From the NCBI GenBank assembly GCA_019311105.1, contig JAFDDA010000018.1:14250-78249 (forward strand): a DNA stretch of 64,000 bases, read 5' to 3'. Under the pieces are notes generated by a model, which ran no database searches, was not told where the DNA came from, and saw only the letters and a list, made by a program, of their open reading frames with translations. The position numbers were made by a program, and so were the translations under genes. This document shows, piece by piece, positions 1-8,821 of this stretch. This DNA is from Deltaproteobacteria bacterium. Lineage in GTDB: Bacteria > Myxococcota_A > UBA9160 > JAFDDA01. Position 1 is the first letter of the stretch; the number at the start of each line of letters is the position of its first letter.

Positions 1-40
1 GGAAAAGAAGCGCTACATCCTGGAGATCATCGAGCACTAG
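1..40 (+). CDS. 3' end of an upstream gene (partial, ...EKKRYILEIIEH*)
   Basis: Open frame from base 2 ending at TAG 38-40 with high-GC codon style; too short to identify. Confidence 0.4.
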   Translation, partial: EKKRYILEIIEH

Positions 41-126
41 GCTCGATCGGCTCCAAGCAGCGCCCGCCTCCCGAACGGAGGGTCTGATAGACTCCGCCGC
101 CGAGCTTTCCCCAGCCCGGAGGCGCC

Positions 127-1965
127 GTGTCCGACCCCCAGCCCACACCCCTTGTCATCCCCAAGTTCGATGCGCCGCTGACCCTCGGTGCCCAGATCGA
201 GGCGCGCGCGCTCCACCCCGACGTCGGCTCGCGGCCCTACCTGCGCCACGACGATCGCCTCTGGACCTACCGCCAATACCGCGACGAGTCGGTCCGCCTC
301 GCTCACTTCCTGCTCGAACGGCTCGGCACGGTCGATGACGCCCACCCGGGCCACGTCGCGATGATCATGGAGAACCACATGGAGCTGCTCGCCCTGTACG
401 GGGCCTGCGGCTACGCCGGGCTGACGCTCTTCGGCGTCAACACCGGACTGCGCGGCGAGACCCTGGCTGGCGTCCTGAACCAGTCGCGTGCCCGTCTCCT
501 GGTGGTGGACGAGCGCTTGCTGCCCCAGGTCGAGGCGATCCGCGCCCAGCTCGAGCACATCCCGGAGGCGAACATCCTGGTGGTTCCGACCGCGGGCGGC
601 ACCTTCGATGTGGAGGCCCTCCCGGTGGCCGTGGATGCGGTGGTCCAGAGTGAGGGCGCCGCCCTCGACCCGCCTCAGGTCGACGTCGGACCCGATACGA
701 ACCTGATGGTGATCTACACCTCGGGCACCACCGGGCTCCCGAAAGGCATCAACAACAACCACTTCAAGCTCCTGGCCATCGGGATGGCGGTGTCGGGCAA
801 CCTGCAGCTCGATCCGAGTGCGGTGGGCTACGCCTGCATGCCGCTCTTCCACTCCAACGCGCTCTTCCTGGGCGTGCAGCCCACCTTCCAGGTGGGCGGC
901 TCCATCGCGATCCGCGAGCGCTTCAGTGCCAGCCGCTTCGTGCCCGACGTGCTGGCCCAGGGCGTGACGTACTGGAACTACGTGGGCGAGCCCGTCCACT
1001 ACGTGCTCTCCGCCATCGAGAAGGAATACGGTGGCGATGTGGCTCGCATCCGGGCGGAGGTCGCCCAGCACCCGGACAACCACCTTGCCTACGCCATCGG
1101 CAACGGCGCCTCGCCGCCCGACCTCGACCGCTTCATCGATTGGCTCGGGCTCGAGGACATGTTCGAGCTCTACGGCTCGACCGAGGCCGCGATCAGCACG
1201 TTCCGCAAGCTCGGCGACCCGCGCGGGAGCGTCGGCGAGGTGACGGACGAGGCCGTCCAGATCGTGAACGAGAAGGGCCAGCCGTGCCCGCCGGCCGAGC
1301 TGGACGAGGACGGCAAGATCCTCAACTACGCCGAGGCGGTGGGCGAGATCTGCCGCGTGGCGCCCGATACCTCGCTCTTCCAGGGCTACTTCGACAACGC
1401 GGACGCGAACGATTCGAAGTATCGCGACGGTGTCTACCACTCGGGCGATCTCGGTCACATCCTTGTGCGCGACGGCAAGCGCCACCTCTTCTTCGACGGG
1501 CGCACCGACGACTGGATCCGCAAGGACGGCGAGAACTTCTCTGCCGCCCAGGTCGGCCGCTTGCTTCAGGAAGACCCGAACGTCGACCTTGCGGCGGCGT
1601 ACGGGGCACCGTGCGTCGTCTCCGACGAGCTCGTGATGGCAGCCCTGAAGCTCGTGCCCGGGGCCGAGTTCGACCCCCAGGCCTTCTTCGACTTCTGCGA
1701 GGGGCGGGTCCGCGACGGCGGAATGGACCGCAAGTGGATCCCCGACTACGTCCGGGTGGTGCTCGATTTCGAGTTCACCGGCACCCAGAAGATCCTGGTC
1801 CGCAACCTCAAGAAGGATCACTTCAACCGTCACCGGCTTCCCGATGAGCCGATCTTCCGGCGGACCCGCGGGGACACCACCTTCCGCCCCTTCAGCAAGG
1901 ATGACTACGAAGCCCTGCGCGCCGACTTCGTGGCGGCCGAGCGGGATGGCCAGCTCGATCGCTAG
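127..1965 (+). CDS. Acyl-CoA synthetase / AMP-binding enzyme (FadD-like)
   Basis: YTSGTTGLPKG P-loop, YGSTE, YHSGDLG and GRTDDWIRKDGEN motifs. Confidence 0.9.
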   Translation: MSDPQPTPLVIPKFDAPLTLGAQIEARALHPDVGSRPYLRHDDRLWTYRQYRDESVRLAHFLLERLGTVDDAHPGHVAMIMENHMELLALYGACGYAGLTLFGVNTGLRGETLAGVLNQSRARLLVVDERLLPQVEAIRAQLEHIPEANILVVPTAGGTFDVEALPVAVDAVVQSEGAALDPPQVDVGPDTNLMVIYTSGTTGLPKGINNNHFKLLAIGMAVSGNLQLDPSAVGYACMPLFHSNALFLGVQPTFQVGGSIAIRERFSASRFVPDVLAQGVTYWNYVGEPVHYVLSAIEKEYGGDVARIRAEVAQHPDNHLAYAIGNGASPPDLDRFIDWLGLEDMFELYGSTEAAISTFRKLGDPRGSVGEVTDEAVQIVNEKGQPCPPAELDEDGKILNYAEAVGEICRVAPDTSLFQGYFDNADANDSKYRDGVYHSGDLGHILVRDGKRHLFFDGRTDDWIRKDGENFSAAQVGRLLQEDPNVDLAAAYGAPCVVSDELVMAALKLVPGAEFDPQAFFDFCEGRVRDGGMDRKWIPDYVRVVLDFEFTGTQKILVRNLKKDHFNRHRLPDEPIFRRTRGDTTFRPFSKDDYEALRADFVAAERDGQLDR

Positions 1966-2002
1966 CACCGGCAGGCAGGCAGGTAGGGAAGCGCGCCCGG
2001 AG

Positions 2003-2031
2003 TTGACGGCCGGGCGGGGAGGGGGTATCAA
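2003..2031 (+). promoter_or_regulatory. Putative sigma70 promoter for the small basic ORF
   Basis: TTGACG (2003-2008), 17 nt, TATCAA (2026-2031). Confidence 0.5.
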
Positions 2032-2087
2032 GCTCCTTCCCTTGAATTTCGGGCCTCCGGTTGGCCCCCAGCGAACGAGGCCCCACC

Positions 2088-2180
2088 GTGGGAAGCGTCA
2101 TCAAGAAGCGCCGCAAGAAGATGCGGAAGCACAAGAAGCGGAAGCTTCTGCGGCGCGCGCGGCACAAGAAGAAGCGCTAG
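2088..2180 (+). CDS. Small basic protein, AURKAIP1/COX24 (ribosomal bS22-like) family, 30 aa
   Basis: MGSVIKKRRKKMRKHKKRKLLRRARHKKKR*, GTG start with GAGG upstream; below the ORF-track cut-off. Confidence 0.85.
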   Translation: MGSVIKKRRKKMRKHKKRKLLRRARHKKKR

Positions 2181-2496
2181 CTCCCCGTGAGCAGGCGCTG
2201 CCGGCCGATCCACTCTGCCGCGCCGCCCTTTGGCCCCAAGACATCGAAAAGTTTCAGGTTCCACGCCGGCTTCCGGCGTTCGGGCCCGTTTGCCCGCCGT
2301 CGGATCGCGCGCGCTTCGTCGCCTCCGTTCGGGCATGCGCCCTCCTGCCAAGCTCGAAAGTGAGACGGTGTTCCCATCGGTCACGCGTCTGCGCGTGCTT
2401 CGATCACCGAAGATCCCAGCGGTCTCGCTGAACGAGAAATCGTCTCGACGCCCGCAGGTATGCTCTGCATCACATTGATTTTTTTGCGCTTCTTAC

Positions 2497-2526
2497 TTGA
2501 CGGGCCAAAAATCTGGTTGTTAGTCT
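2497..2526 (+). promoter_or_regulatory. Putative sigma70 promoter for the histone-like gene
   Basis: TTGACG, 18 nt, TAGTCT, preceded by an AT-rich tract at 2473-2496. Confidence 0.45.
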
Positions 2527-2725
2527 CGCGCGCAACAGTGGCCGTAGTCCCGCGTCGTGAGGATGGAAACGGGCAAAATGCCGTCAAGTTCAGCGAAACG
2601 AGTTCCGATGGTTGGCGGAAGTGCCGAGTTCGCGCGAGTGAACGAGGTGCATTCCGTTGGTTCGTCGGAGCCGGTCCTGGTTGGACGGGACACTGCGATC
2701 CACACAACATGGGGGAAACCCAAGC

Positions 2726-3039
2726 ATGGCCGCTCGTAAGCGGAAGGCCGCCAAGAAGGCGACCAAGAAGGCCACGCGACGTCGCAAGACGAAGCGCAAG
2801 GCCAAGAAAAAGGCCACGAAGCGCAAGACCAAGAAAAAGGCCACGAAGCGTAAGACGAAGCGCAAGGCCAAGAAAAAGGCCACGAAGCGCAAGACCAAGC
2901 GCAAGGCCAAGAAAAAGGCCACGAAGCGCAAGACCAAGCGCAAGGCCAAGAAAAAGGCCACGAAGCGCAAGACCAAGCGCAGCGCAAGGCCAAGAGGAAG
3001 ACTGCGAAGAAGGCAACGCGGCGCCGCCGCAAGGCCTGA
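2726..3039 (+). CDS. Histone H1-like Lys/Arg/Ala/Thr-rich protein with an apparent frameshift at about 2981
   Basis: MAARKRKAAKKATKK then KRKAKKKATKRKT repeats; the natural-looking C-terminus RKAKRKTAKKATRRRRKA* (TGA 3037-3039) lies in the -1 frame. Confidence 0.75.
2792..2985 (+). repeat. Coding tandem repeat, 39-bp unit (KRKAKKKATKRKT), about 4-5 copies including a shortened one
   Basis: aagcgcaaggccaagaaaaaggccacgaagcgcaagacc repeated. Confidence 0.85.
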
Positions 3040-3237
3040 TCGCCCGTCTTCGGGCCTCAAGCATGGCTCTCCATACCAGGAGGGCAGCTGCGGACCCCGG
3101 CCGACGCAAGTCGGCCGGGGTTTCGTCCGTCTGGGGCTCGGTCCGCATTGGGCCCTTGGCGCAGGGGCCCGATGGGCGCACGGCGCCACCCCGGAGAGCC
3201 GGGTGGCCAAGCAGAATCGATTCGAAAGGGCGGGGTG

Positions 3238-4527
3238 CTAGCCCAGGGTGTGGACGGGCAGGCTGACCGTGACGGTCGTGCCCTCGCCGATCTCACTCTG
3301 GAGCGTCAGCGAGCCATCCAGCAGGGTCACCAGGTCGCGTACCAGGGCGAGGCCCAGGCCGGCGCCCCGGTAGCGGCTCGAACTCGCATCATCGACCTGG
3401 AAGAACTCGTCGAAGACGGCGTCCTTGTCGTCGGGTGCGATGCCGATCCCGGTGTCCCGGATCGAGCACTGCAGGCGACCGTCGGCCACCGAGCCTTCGA
3501 TCTCGATCCGGCCCTTCGGCGTGAACTTCGCCGCGTTGTCGAGCAGCAAGTAGAGGATCTGGTGGAGCTTCGCGAGGTCGGTGCGGATCTTCGGGAAGGG
3601 CTCGTCGAGGTTCCGTTCGATCACGACCGGCTTGCCCTCGAAGGCGTCCTGGACACTGAAGGTGACCTCTTCCACGACCTCGCGGAAGTTCACGTCCTGG
3701 GCCTCGACGGGCAGCTCGCCCTGCTTGATGCGCCAGAGATCGAGGATGTTCTGGAGTGTGCGCAGGAAACCCGTGCCCTCGTCCAGGGCGCCACGCAGGC
3801 CCAGGCGGCTCTCCTCGGAGAGGCTGTCGGTCTCGCTTGCCAGCACCGAGATGATCGCCTCGATGATGTTGTTGAGCGGCGCCCGCAGCTCGCGCGACAT
3901 CTTCTCGATGAAGTCGTTCTTGAGCTTCTCGATCTTGCCGAGCTGCTCGCTCGAGCGGCGCAGCTCGATGTCCTGGGCGAAGAGGGCCTCGGAGAGCTTC
4001 AGGATCTCGTCGCTCTTGGCTTCCTTCTGGTCGGCCACGCCGTTCAGGGCGTTGAGTTGGCCTGCCAGTTGAGCATGGTCGAGGCGGATCGCGACGATCT
4101 CGGCCACATGGGCGAGGGCCTGGACGGCGGGGTCTCCGACAGCGGCCGGCGCGGCCACGATCAAGGCGCCGTGCCAGCGGTCGCCGAGGCAGAGCGGGAT
4201 GCCGACGACGCCACCGGCTCCTCGCACGCCGAGGGAATCCACGGGGGCATAGGTGGTGGCGGCTCGGCGTTCGAGCAGGTCGCGCAGCACCGCCTGCAGG
4301 GCTTCGGCAGCCTGGCGGGCGGAGGTCGGCGTCGGGAAACCCGCCGCGGCGCGCAGCGGCGGCGGCGCGGAGTCACTGGCGTCGGTGCGGGCGAAAAGCA
4401 GGGCGAGGCCCCCGCCGACGATCTCGACGGAGCGCGAGGCGGCCGCCCGCGCGCCCTGGGCGATGCCCTGGGAGAGGTCGGGGGTGCCGGTCGGGGCGGT
4501 CTGTCGCGTCGCGTCGTTCATCGCCAC
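3238..4527 (-). CDS. Histidine-kinase-like protein (GAF-like + HisKA-like + HATPase_c) with H-box His replaced by Arg
   Basis: H-box reads MSRELRAPLNNII; N box LLDNAAKFT, G1 DTGIGI and G2 GAGLGLAL are intact. Confidence 0.85.
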   Translation of the reverse strand: MAMNDATRQTAPTGTPDLSQGIAQGARAAASRSVEIVGGGLALLFARTDASDSAPPPLRAAAGFPTPTSARQAAEALQAVLRDLLERRAATTYAPVDSLGVRGAGGVVGIPLCLGDRWHGALIVAAPAAVGDPAVQALAHVAEIVAIRLDHAQLAGQLNALNGVADQKEAKSDEILKLSEALFAQDIELRRSSEQLGKIEKLKNDFIEKMSRELRAPLNNIIEAIISVLASETDSLSEESRLGLRGALDEGTGFLRTLQNILDLWRIKQGELPVEAQDVNFREVVEEVTFSVQDAFEGKPVVIERNLDEPFPKIRTDLAKLHQILYLLLDNAAKFTPKGRIEIEGSVADGRLQCSIRDTGIGIAPDDKDAVFDEFFQVDDASSSRYRGAGLGLALVRDLVTLLDGSLTLQSEIGEGTTVTVSLPVHTLG

Positions 4528-4530
4528 GCC

Positions 4531-5664
4531 TCAGTCCGACTCGATTTCGAGGGGTTCGGTGCGCGGCTCTTCGTCGCGTTCGCCGGCCACGGCCCCCTCG
4601 AGGGAAAGCTTCGTCTGGAAGTCCGCCGGGTTCGAGGCCGCGTTGAGCGCGGTCTCGACGGAGATCTTGTTCGCCGTGACCAGGTCGAGGAGATGCTGAT
4701 CGAAGGTCTGCATCTTTTCCGTGCGGCCCCGGGCGATGAAGTCGGTGATGGCCTCGTTCTTCGACGGGTCCTTGATGCATTCGCGGATGCTGCGCGTGCT
4801 GCGCATGATCTCCACGGCCGGCACCCGGCCGGTCTTCTTCTTGTTGAGCAGGAGCCGCAGGGAAACGATGGCCTTCAGGTTGTCGGCCAAGCGGGCGCGG
4901 ACCTGGGTCTGCTCTTCCGTCGGGAAGAAGGAGACCAGGCGGTTGATCGTCGAGGCCACGTCGTTGGTATGGATCGTCGAGAAGACGAGGTGGCCGGTCT
5001 CGGCGGCCTTGAGCGAGGTGTCGACCGTCTCGAGGTCGCGCATCTCGCCCACCATGATGACGTCGGGGTCTTGGCGCAGGGCAGCCCGCAGGGCGTCCGG
5101 GAAGGATCCCGTGTCGGTGCCGATCTCGCGCTGGGTGATGATCGACTTGTCCGGTTTGAACACGAACTCGATCGGGTCCTCGACCGTCACGATCTTGCTC
5201 TTCCGGGTCAGGTTGATCTCGTTCATGATCGTGGCGAGGGTCGTGGACTTCCCCATGCCGGTGGCGCCCGTGACGAGCACGTAGCCGCGTCGCAGCTGGG
5301 CGAGATCCTTCACCGCCGCCGGGAGGTTCAGCTCCTCGGGCTGGTTGACCTCGAGCGGGATGACCCGCAGCACGATGTTGTAGAACCGCCGCTGGCGGGA
5401 GATGTTGACGCGGAAGCGGCCCTCGTCGGGCAGCTCGAAGGCGAGGTCCATCTCGTTGAAGTCGAGGCCGATCTCGCGCGGGTCGTCATCCACCAGGATC
5501 TGGGCGATGGCCTCGGTGTCGCCGGGCTCGAGCACCTTGTAGCGGAGCTCCACCAGCTCACCGTGGAAGCGGTAGAGCGGCAGATAGCCGACCTGGAAGT
5601 GGATGTCGGAGGCCCCTTTTTCGATGCCGAGTCGAAGGAGCCGGTAGAGCTTTTCTCGGTCCAT
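4531..5664 (-). CDS. pilT: PilT/PilU-family type IV pilus retraction ATPase
   Basis: GASDIH, Walker A GATGMGKST, TVEDPIE, LRQDPDVIMVGEMRD, AAETGHLVFSTIH; start taken at MDREKL. Confidence 0.9.
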   Translation of the reverse strand: MDREKLYRLLRLGIEKGASDIHFQVGYLPLYRFHGELVELRYKVLEPGDTEAIAQILVDDDPREIGLDFNEMDLAFELPDEGRFRVNISRQRRFYNIVLRVIPLEVNQPEELNLPAAVKDLAQLRRGYVLVTGATGMGKSTTLATIMNEINLTRKSKIVTVEDPIEFVFKPDKSIITQREIGTDTGSFPDALRAALRQDPDVIMVGEMRDLETVDTSLKAAETGHLVFSTIHTNDVASTINRLVSFFPTEEQTQVRARLADNLKAIVSLRLLLNKKKTGRVPAVEIMRSTRSIRECIKDPSKNEAITDFIARGRTEKMQTFDQHLLDLVTANKISVETALNAASNPADFQTKLSLEGAVAGERDEEPRTEPLEIESD

Positions 5665-5843
5665 TACGCGATCCCCTCGCGGAAGCCATGGAGGGCTGGG
5701 GCCCTGCCTGCGTATCGGCTTTTCGCCCCACGCCTTGACCGGTTCCGTGAAGGAGGGCGCGCGAATCTCCGGGCGGCGGCCGGCGTCCAATGCGCGGGGC
5801 GGGGCTATACTCCGCACCCCATCCCAGGAGGGCGATCGAGGCC

Positions 5844-6413
5844 GTGTCTCTGGTGAAAACGACCCCCTGCTCGCTGGGGAATTCGACCCAATCGCGCTCG
5901 GAGCTGGCTCTGCGGGCGTCCCGCGGCCTAGCCTTGGGGCTGGCTTTGCTGCTTCTCAGCCCCGTCACCCTCGCGGAGGAGGGCTCGGAGGTCGGGACGT
6001 CGAAGCCGGCTCCGGCACCCGTCGTCCCCCTCGATAAGCTCTTCGAGCTGCCCAGCGGCTTCGAAGTGCGCAAGGCGCCGAGCCATGCGGGCTTCGGCGC
6101 GACCGAGTGGCGCGCGCGGTTCAGCGAGGCGCGGCAGCGGGTCGAGCGTTCGACGGCGGCGCTGGCCGGGGCGAAGCGCGAGCTCGCCGAGCTGGCCGAG
6201 TCTTCGAATGCCTGGGCCGTGGCGCCGCCGGTGGGCGGGATCCCGAACAGCAAGGATTCGCCGCTCAACTATCAACTCAGCCAACGCATCAAGCAGGATC
6301 AGCGCGAGGTCGACGCCGCCAAGCGCAACCTGCTCGACCTCAAGGTCTCCGCGAACCTCGCGGGCGTGCCGGATGGCTGGCGCCGCGAGCGCGGGCCCGA
6401 ACTTTCGGAGTAG
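5844..6413 (+). CDS. Hypothetical exported protein with a coiled-coil C-terminus
   Basis: Hydrophobic signal-like segment GLALGLALLLLSPVTLA; upstream GGAGGG and TATACT; start uncertain. Confidence 0.6.
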   Translation: MSLVKTTPCSLGNSTQSRSELALRASRGLALGLALLLLSPVTLAEEGSEVGTSKPAPAPVVPLDKLFELPSGFEVRKAPSHAGFGATEWRARFSEARQRVERSTAALAGAKRELAELAESSNAWAVAPPVGGIPNSKDSPLNYQLSQRIKQDQREVDAAKRNLLDLKVSANLAGVPDGWRRERGPELSE

Positions 6414-6459
6414 AGCGCTGCTCCCCGTTGACGCTGTCGACTTGCTCGCGCTGGCGCAG

Positions 6460-6680
6460 CGGACCCCCTTGGCGCGGGACATCGCGGAGACCGTCTTGAA
6501 CCCGCCGGCGGACGCTGGGACGGCTCGCCTGGCGCGGGCGATCACGTCGGGGATGCTCTCGCCCCGCCTGCGCGAAGCCTTCGGCCTGCCCTGGGATGCC
6601 AAGCGCCAGCGTCGGCTCGAGACGATGATCGAGCAGGTGAGGGGGCTGCGAAGTGCCGCCGTCCCGCCGGAGCGCACCCA
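6460..6680 (+). pseudogene. Probable C-terminal remnant of an MpaB/DUF2236 oxygenase-like gene
   Basis: TPLARDIAETVLNPP...ITSGMLSPRLREAFGLPWDAKRQRRL resembles the family C-terminus (from memory); no N-terminal part or clear start. Confidence 0.4.
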
Positions 6681-6759
6681 GAGCGGGAGCCGCTTGCGAC
6701 CCCACCGCCGATCAGTCACTCTCGGCGCCCGATCCAAGCCAGAGCCAGGAGCCGTGAGC

Positions 6760-6909
6760 ATGTCGAACGAACAGGGCGAGAACGAAGAGAACGAAGGAGG
6801 CGTCGTGGATGCCACCAGCATCCTCTACATCGTGGGTGGGATCCCGGCGATGGTGACCTTCTTCGTGGTCCTGTTCCTGTTCGCGCAGAGCTGCAACATC
6901 GCAGCCTGA
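6760..6909 (+). CDS. Small single-pass membrane protein (49 aa)
   Basis: AGGAG RBS at 6747-6751, acidic N-terminus then one TM helix ILYIVGGIPAMVTFFVVLFLFA. Confidence 0.65.
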   Translation: MSNEQGENEENEGGVVDATSILYIVGGIPAMVTFFVVLFLFAQSCNIAA

Positions 6910-7129
6910 CCGGGGCCTTCCGGCCCTTCCGGCCTGGCGCGCCGGCGCCCTTGCCGGCCTCTTTCCTTCCCGTTTCAACACGATTGCTCGCGGCCCGCCG
7001 GTCGCTGTACCGGCAATTGGGGCTTCATACACCCGTCGGGATTGAGACCCGCCTGAGTCCAGAGAACTAATCGAAACAAAAACAGGGTGTTGGCTAAACG
7101 CCCCGGCCCCATGTCCCGAATCAAGGGCC

Positions 7130-7894
7130 ATGAGTGTGGTTTCCCCCCAACACCCTCACCGCCGCAGGCTCATGCTTGCGGCGGCCCTTCTGGGCCTCTT
7201 CGTGGTTGGCTGCGCGAATGGCCCCGGGATCGGTTTGCCCGACGTCGCGGCGGGCCCCGCCTACTCCTACTTCGAGCGGTCCTCACCCCTCGACCCGTGG
7301 ACGCCCAAGATCCTCGGCTGGCAGCATCGCGAGCGGGCCCAGCCGAGCACCGAAGCCCTGGTGAAGGCTCCAGCGGTCTCGAATGGCCGCCGGCTCGCCG
7401 TCCCGGTGGATGGCGACACCCTGCGTCAGCGCTATTCGCGCTACCGCCAGGACAGCAAGCGCGAGATGGCTCGCGAGCTGGCGGACTGGATGCAGTCCGT
7501 CGCCAAGCGCCACTACGTGGGCGACGGGCTGGTCGACCATTGGGCCACCCTCGAGGAGACCCTCGACCGCAACGGCGACGATTGCGACGGGCTCGAACTG
7601 CTGGCGTTCCACTTCCTGCGAGACCACGGCTTCGCCGCCGACGAGGTCTTCCGCGCCGTGATCTATCGCCCGAAGGACGGCCAACATCACATGGTGACGC
7701 TGTGGTTCGAGAACCCTCGCGACCCCTGGGTGATCGATCCGACCGGCGCCATGACCTCGGGCATGCCGCGGATGTCGGACCGGCCCGATTGGGTGCCGTT
7801 GAAGCTCTTCACCGAGAAGGATCAGTTCACCGTGCGGCCCGCCGGCGCGACGGCGTCCTCCGGCTACCGCCTCCCCCGCACGCCACGCCGCTAG
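7130..7894 (+). CDS. Lipoprotein, transglutaminase-like cysteine proteinase (BTLCP/C93, LapG-like)
   Basis: Lipobox LFVVGC; DHWATLEETLDRNGDDCD (Cys), HHMV (His), WVIDP (Asp). Confidence 0.75.
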   Translation: MSVVSPQHPHRRRLMLAAALLGLFVVGCANGPGIGLPDVAAGPAYSYFERSSPLDPWTPKILGWQHRERAQPSTEALVKAPAVSNGRRLAVPVDGDTLRQRYSRYRQDSKREMARELADWMQSVAKRHYVGDGLVDHWATLEETLDRNGDDCDGLELLAFHFLRDHGFAADEVFRAVIYRPKDGQHHMVTLWFENPRDPWVIDPTGAMTSGMPRMSDRPDWVPLKLFTEKDQFTVRPAGATASSGYRLPRTPRR

Positions 7895-7947
7895 ACCCTC
7901 GGCTCTTCCCTCGCTGCTAGACCAACGCGCGACCCTCGGGTAGGGTC

Positions 7948-8805
7948 GTGCCGGTGGACGCGTCCGACCTCGATCCGGCGAAGCTGCACGAACGACGCGA
8001 GCGGGTCTTCCTGCTGCTGGCGGGGGTCTTCCTCGGCACGCTCGCCTTCCTGAACATCCTCGGCATCAGCCGTTTCATCCACATCGGTTCGATCGGGAGT
8101 GGTGAGGCGACGAAGGTGTTCGCCGTCGCGGTCGGCGTCCTGCCGTACCCGATCACCTTCCTCTGCACCGACTTCATCAGCGAGCTCTACGGGCGAAGGC
8201 GTGCGAACTTCGTGGTCTGGATCGGCTTGCTGCTGAACGTCTGGGTCGTGTTCGTCCTGTGGCTCGGTGGCGTGCTGCCGGGCTTTTCGGAGATCGACCC
8301 GACCACGGGCATGCCGCCGCCCGAGGCCGGCGACTGGGTCTTCTTCCGGATCCGCCAGCTCACCTTCGGCGCCGTCACCGCTTCGATGATCGCGTACATG
8401 GCCGCGCAGTTCTGCGACGTCTACCTCTTCCACTTCTGGAAGCGGCTCACCGGCGGGCGGCACCTGTGGCTGCGCAACAACGGCTCGACCCTCGTCAGCC
8501 AGATGGTCGACACGACGGCCGTCATCCTGATCACGCACTTCTATGCGCACGCGCTGCCGGTGGACGGGGGCAAGGCGATCTGGCCCCAGCTCTGGCTCTT
8601 CATCGCGACGGGCTATGCGTTCAAGCTCGTCGTCGCCCTGCTCGACACCGTTCCGTTCTATGTGGGCGTGCACTACCTGGGGCGCTACCTGCGGATCGAT
8701 CCCGCGAGCGAACACCGTGCCGACAGCGAGGAGATCCTTCTGGCCTTGCCGGTGGATGGCGAGAGGCTGGTCGAAACGCCACCGAGCGACCGGCCGCGCG
8801 TCTGA
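7948..8805 (+). CDS. yhhQ: Queuosine precursor transporter (YhhQ/DUF165)
   Basis: YPITFLCTDFISELYG, ASMIAYMAAQFCDV, LWLRNNGSTLVSQMVDT. Confidence 0.9.
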   Translation: MPVDASDLDPAKLHERRERVFLLLAGVFLGTLAFLNILGISRFIHIGSIGSGEATKVFAVAVGVLPYPITFLCTDFISELYGRRRANFVVWIGLLLNVWVVFVLWLGGVLPGFSEIDPTTGMPPPEAGDWVFFRIRQLTFGAVTASMIAYMAAQFCDVYLFHFWKRLTGGRHLWLRNNGSTLVSQMVDTTAVILITHFYAHALPVDGGKAIWPQLWLFIATGYAFKLVVALLDTVPFYVGVHYLGRYLRIDPASEHRADSEEILLALPVDGERLVETPPSDRPRV

Positions 8806-8821
8806 GCGGCGTGCGGGGCCG

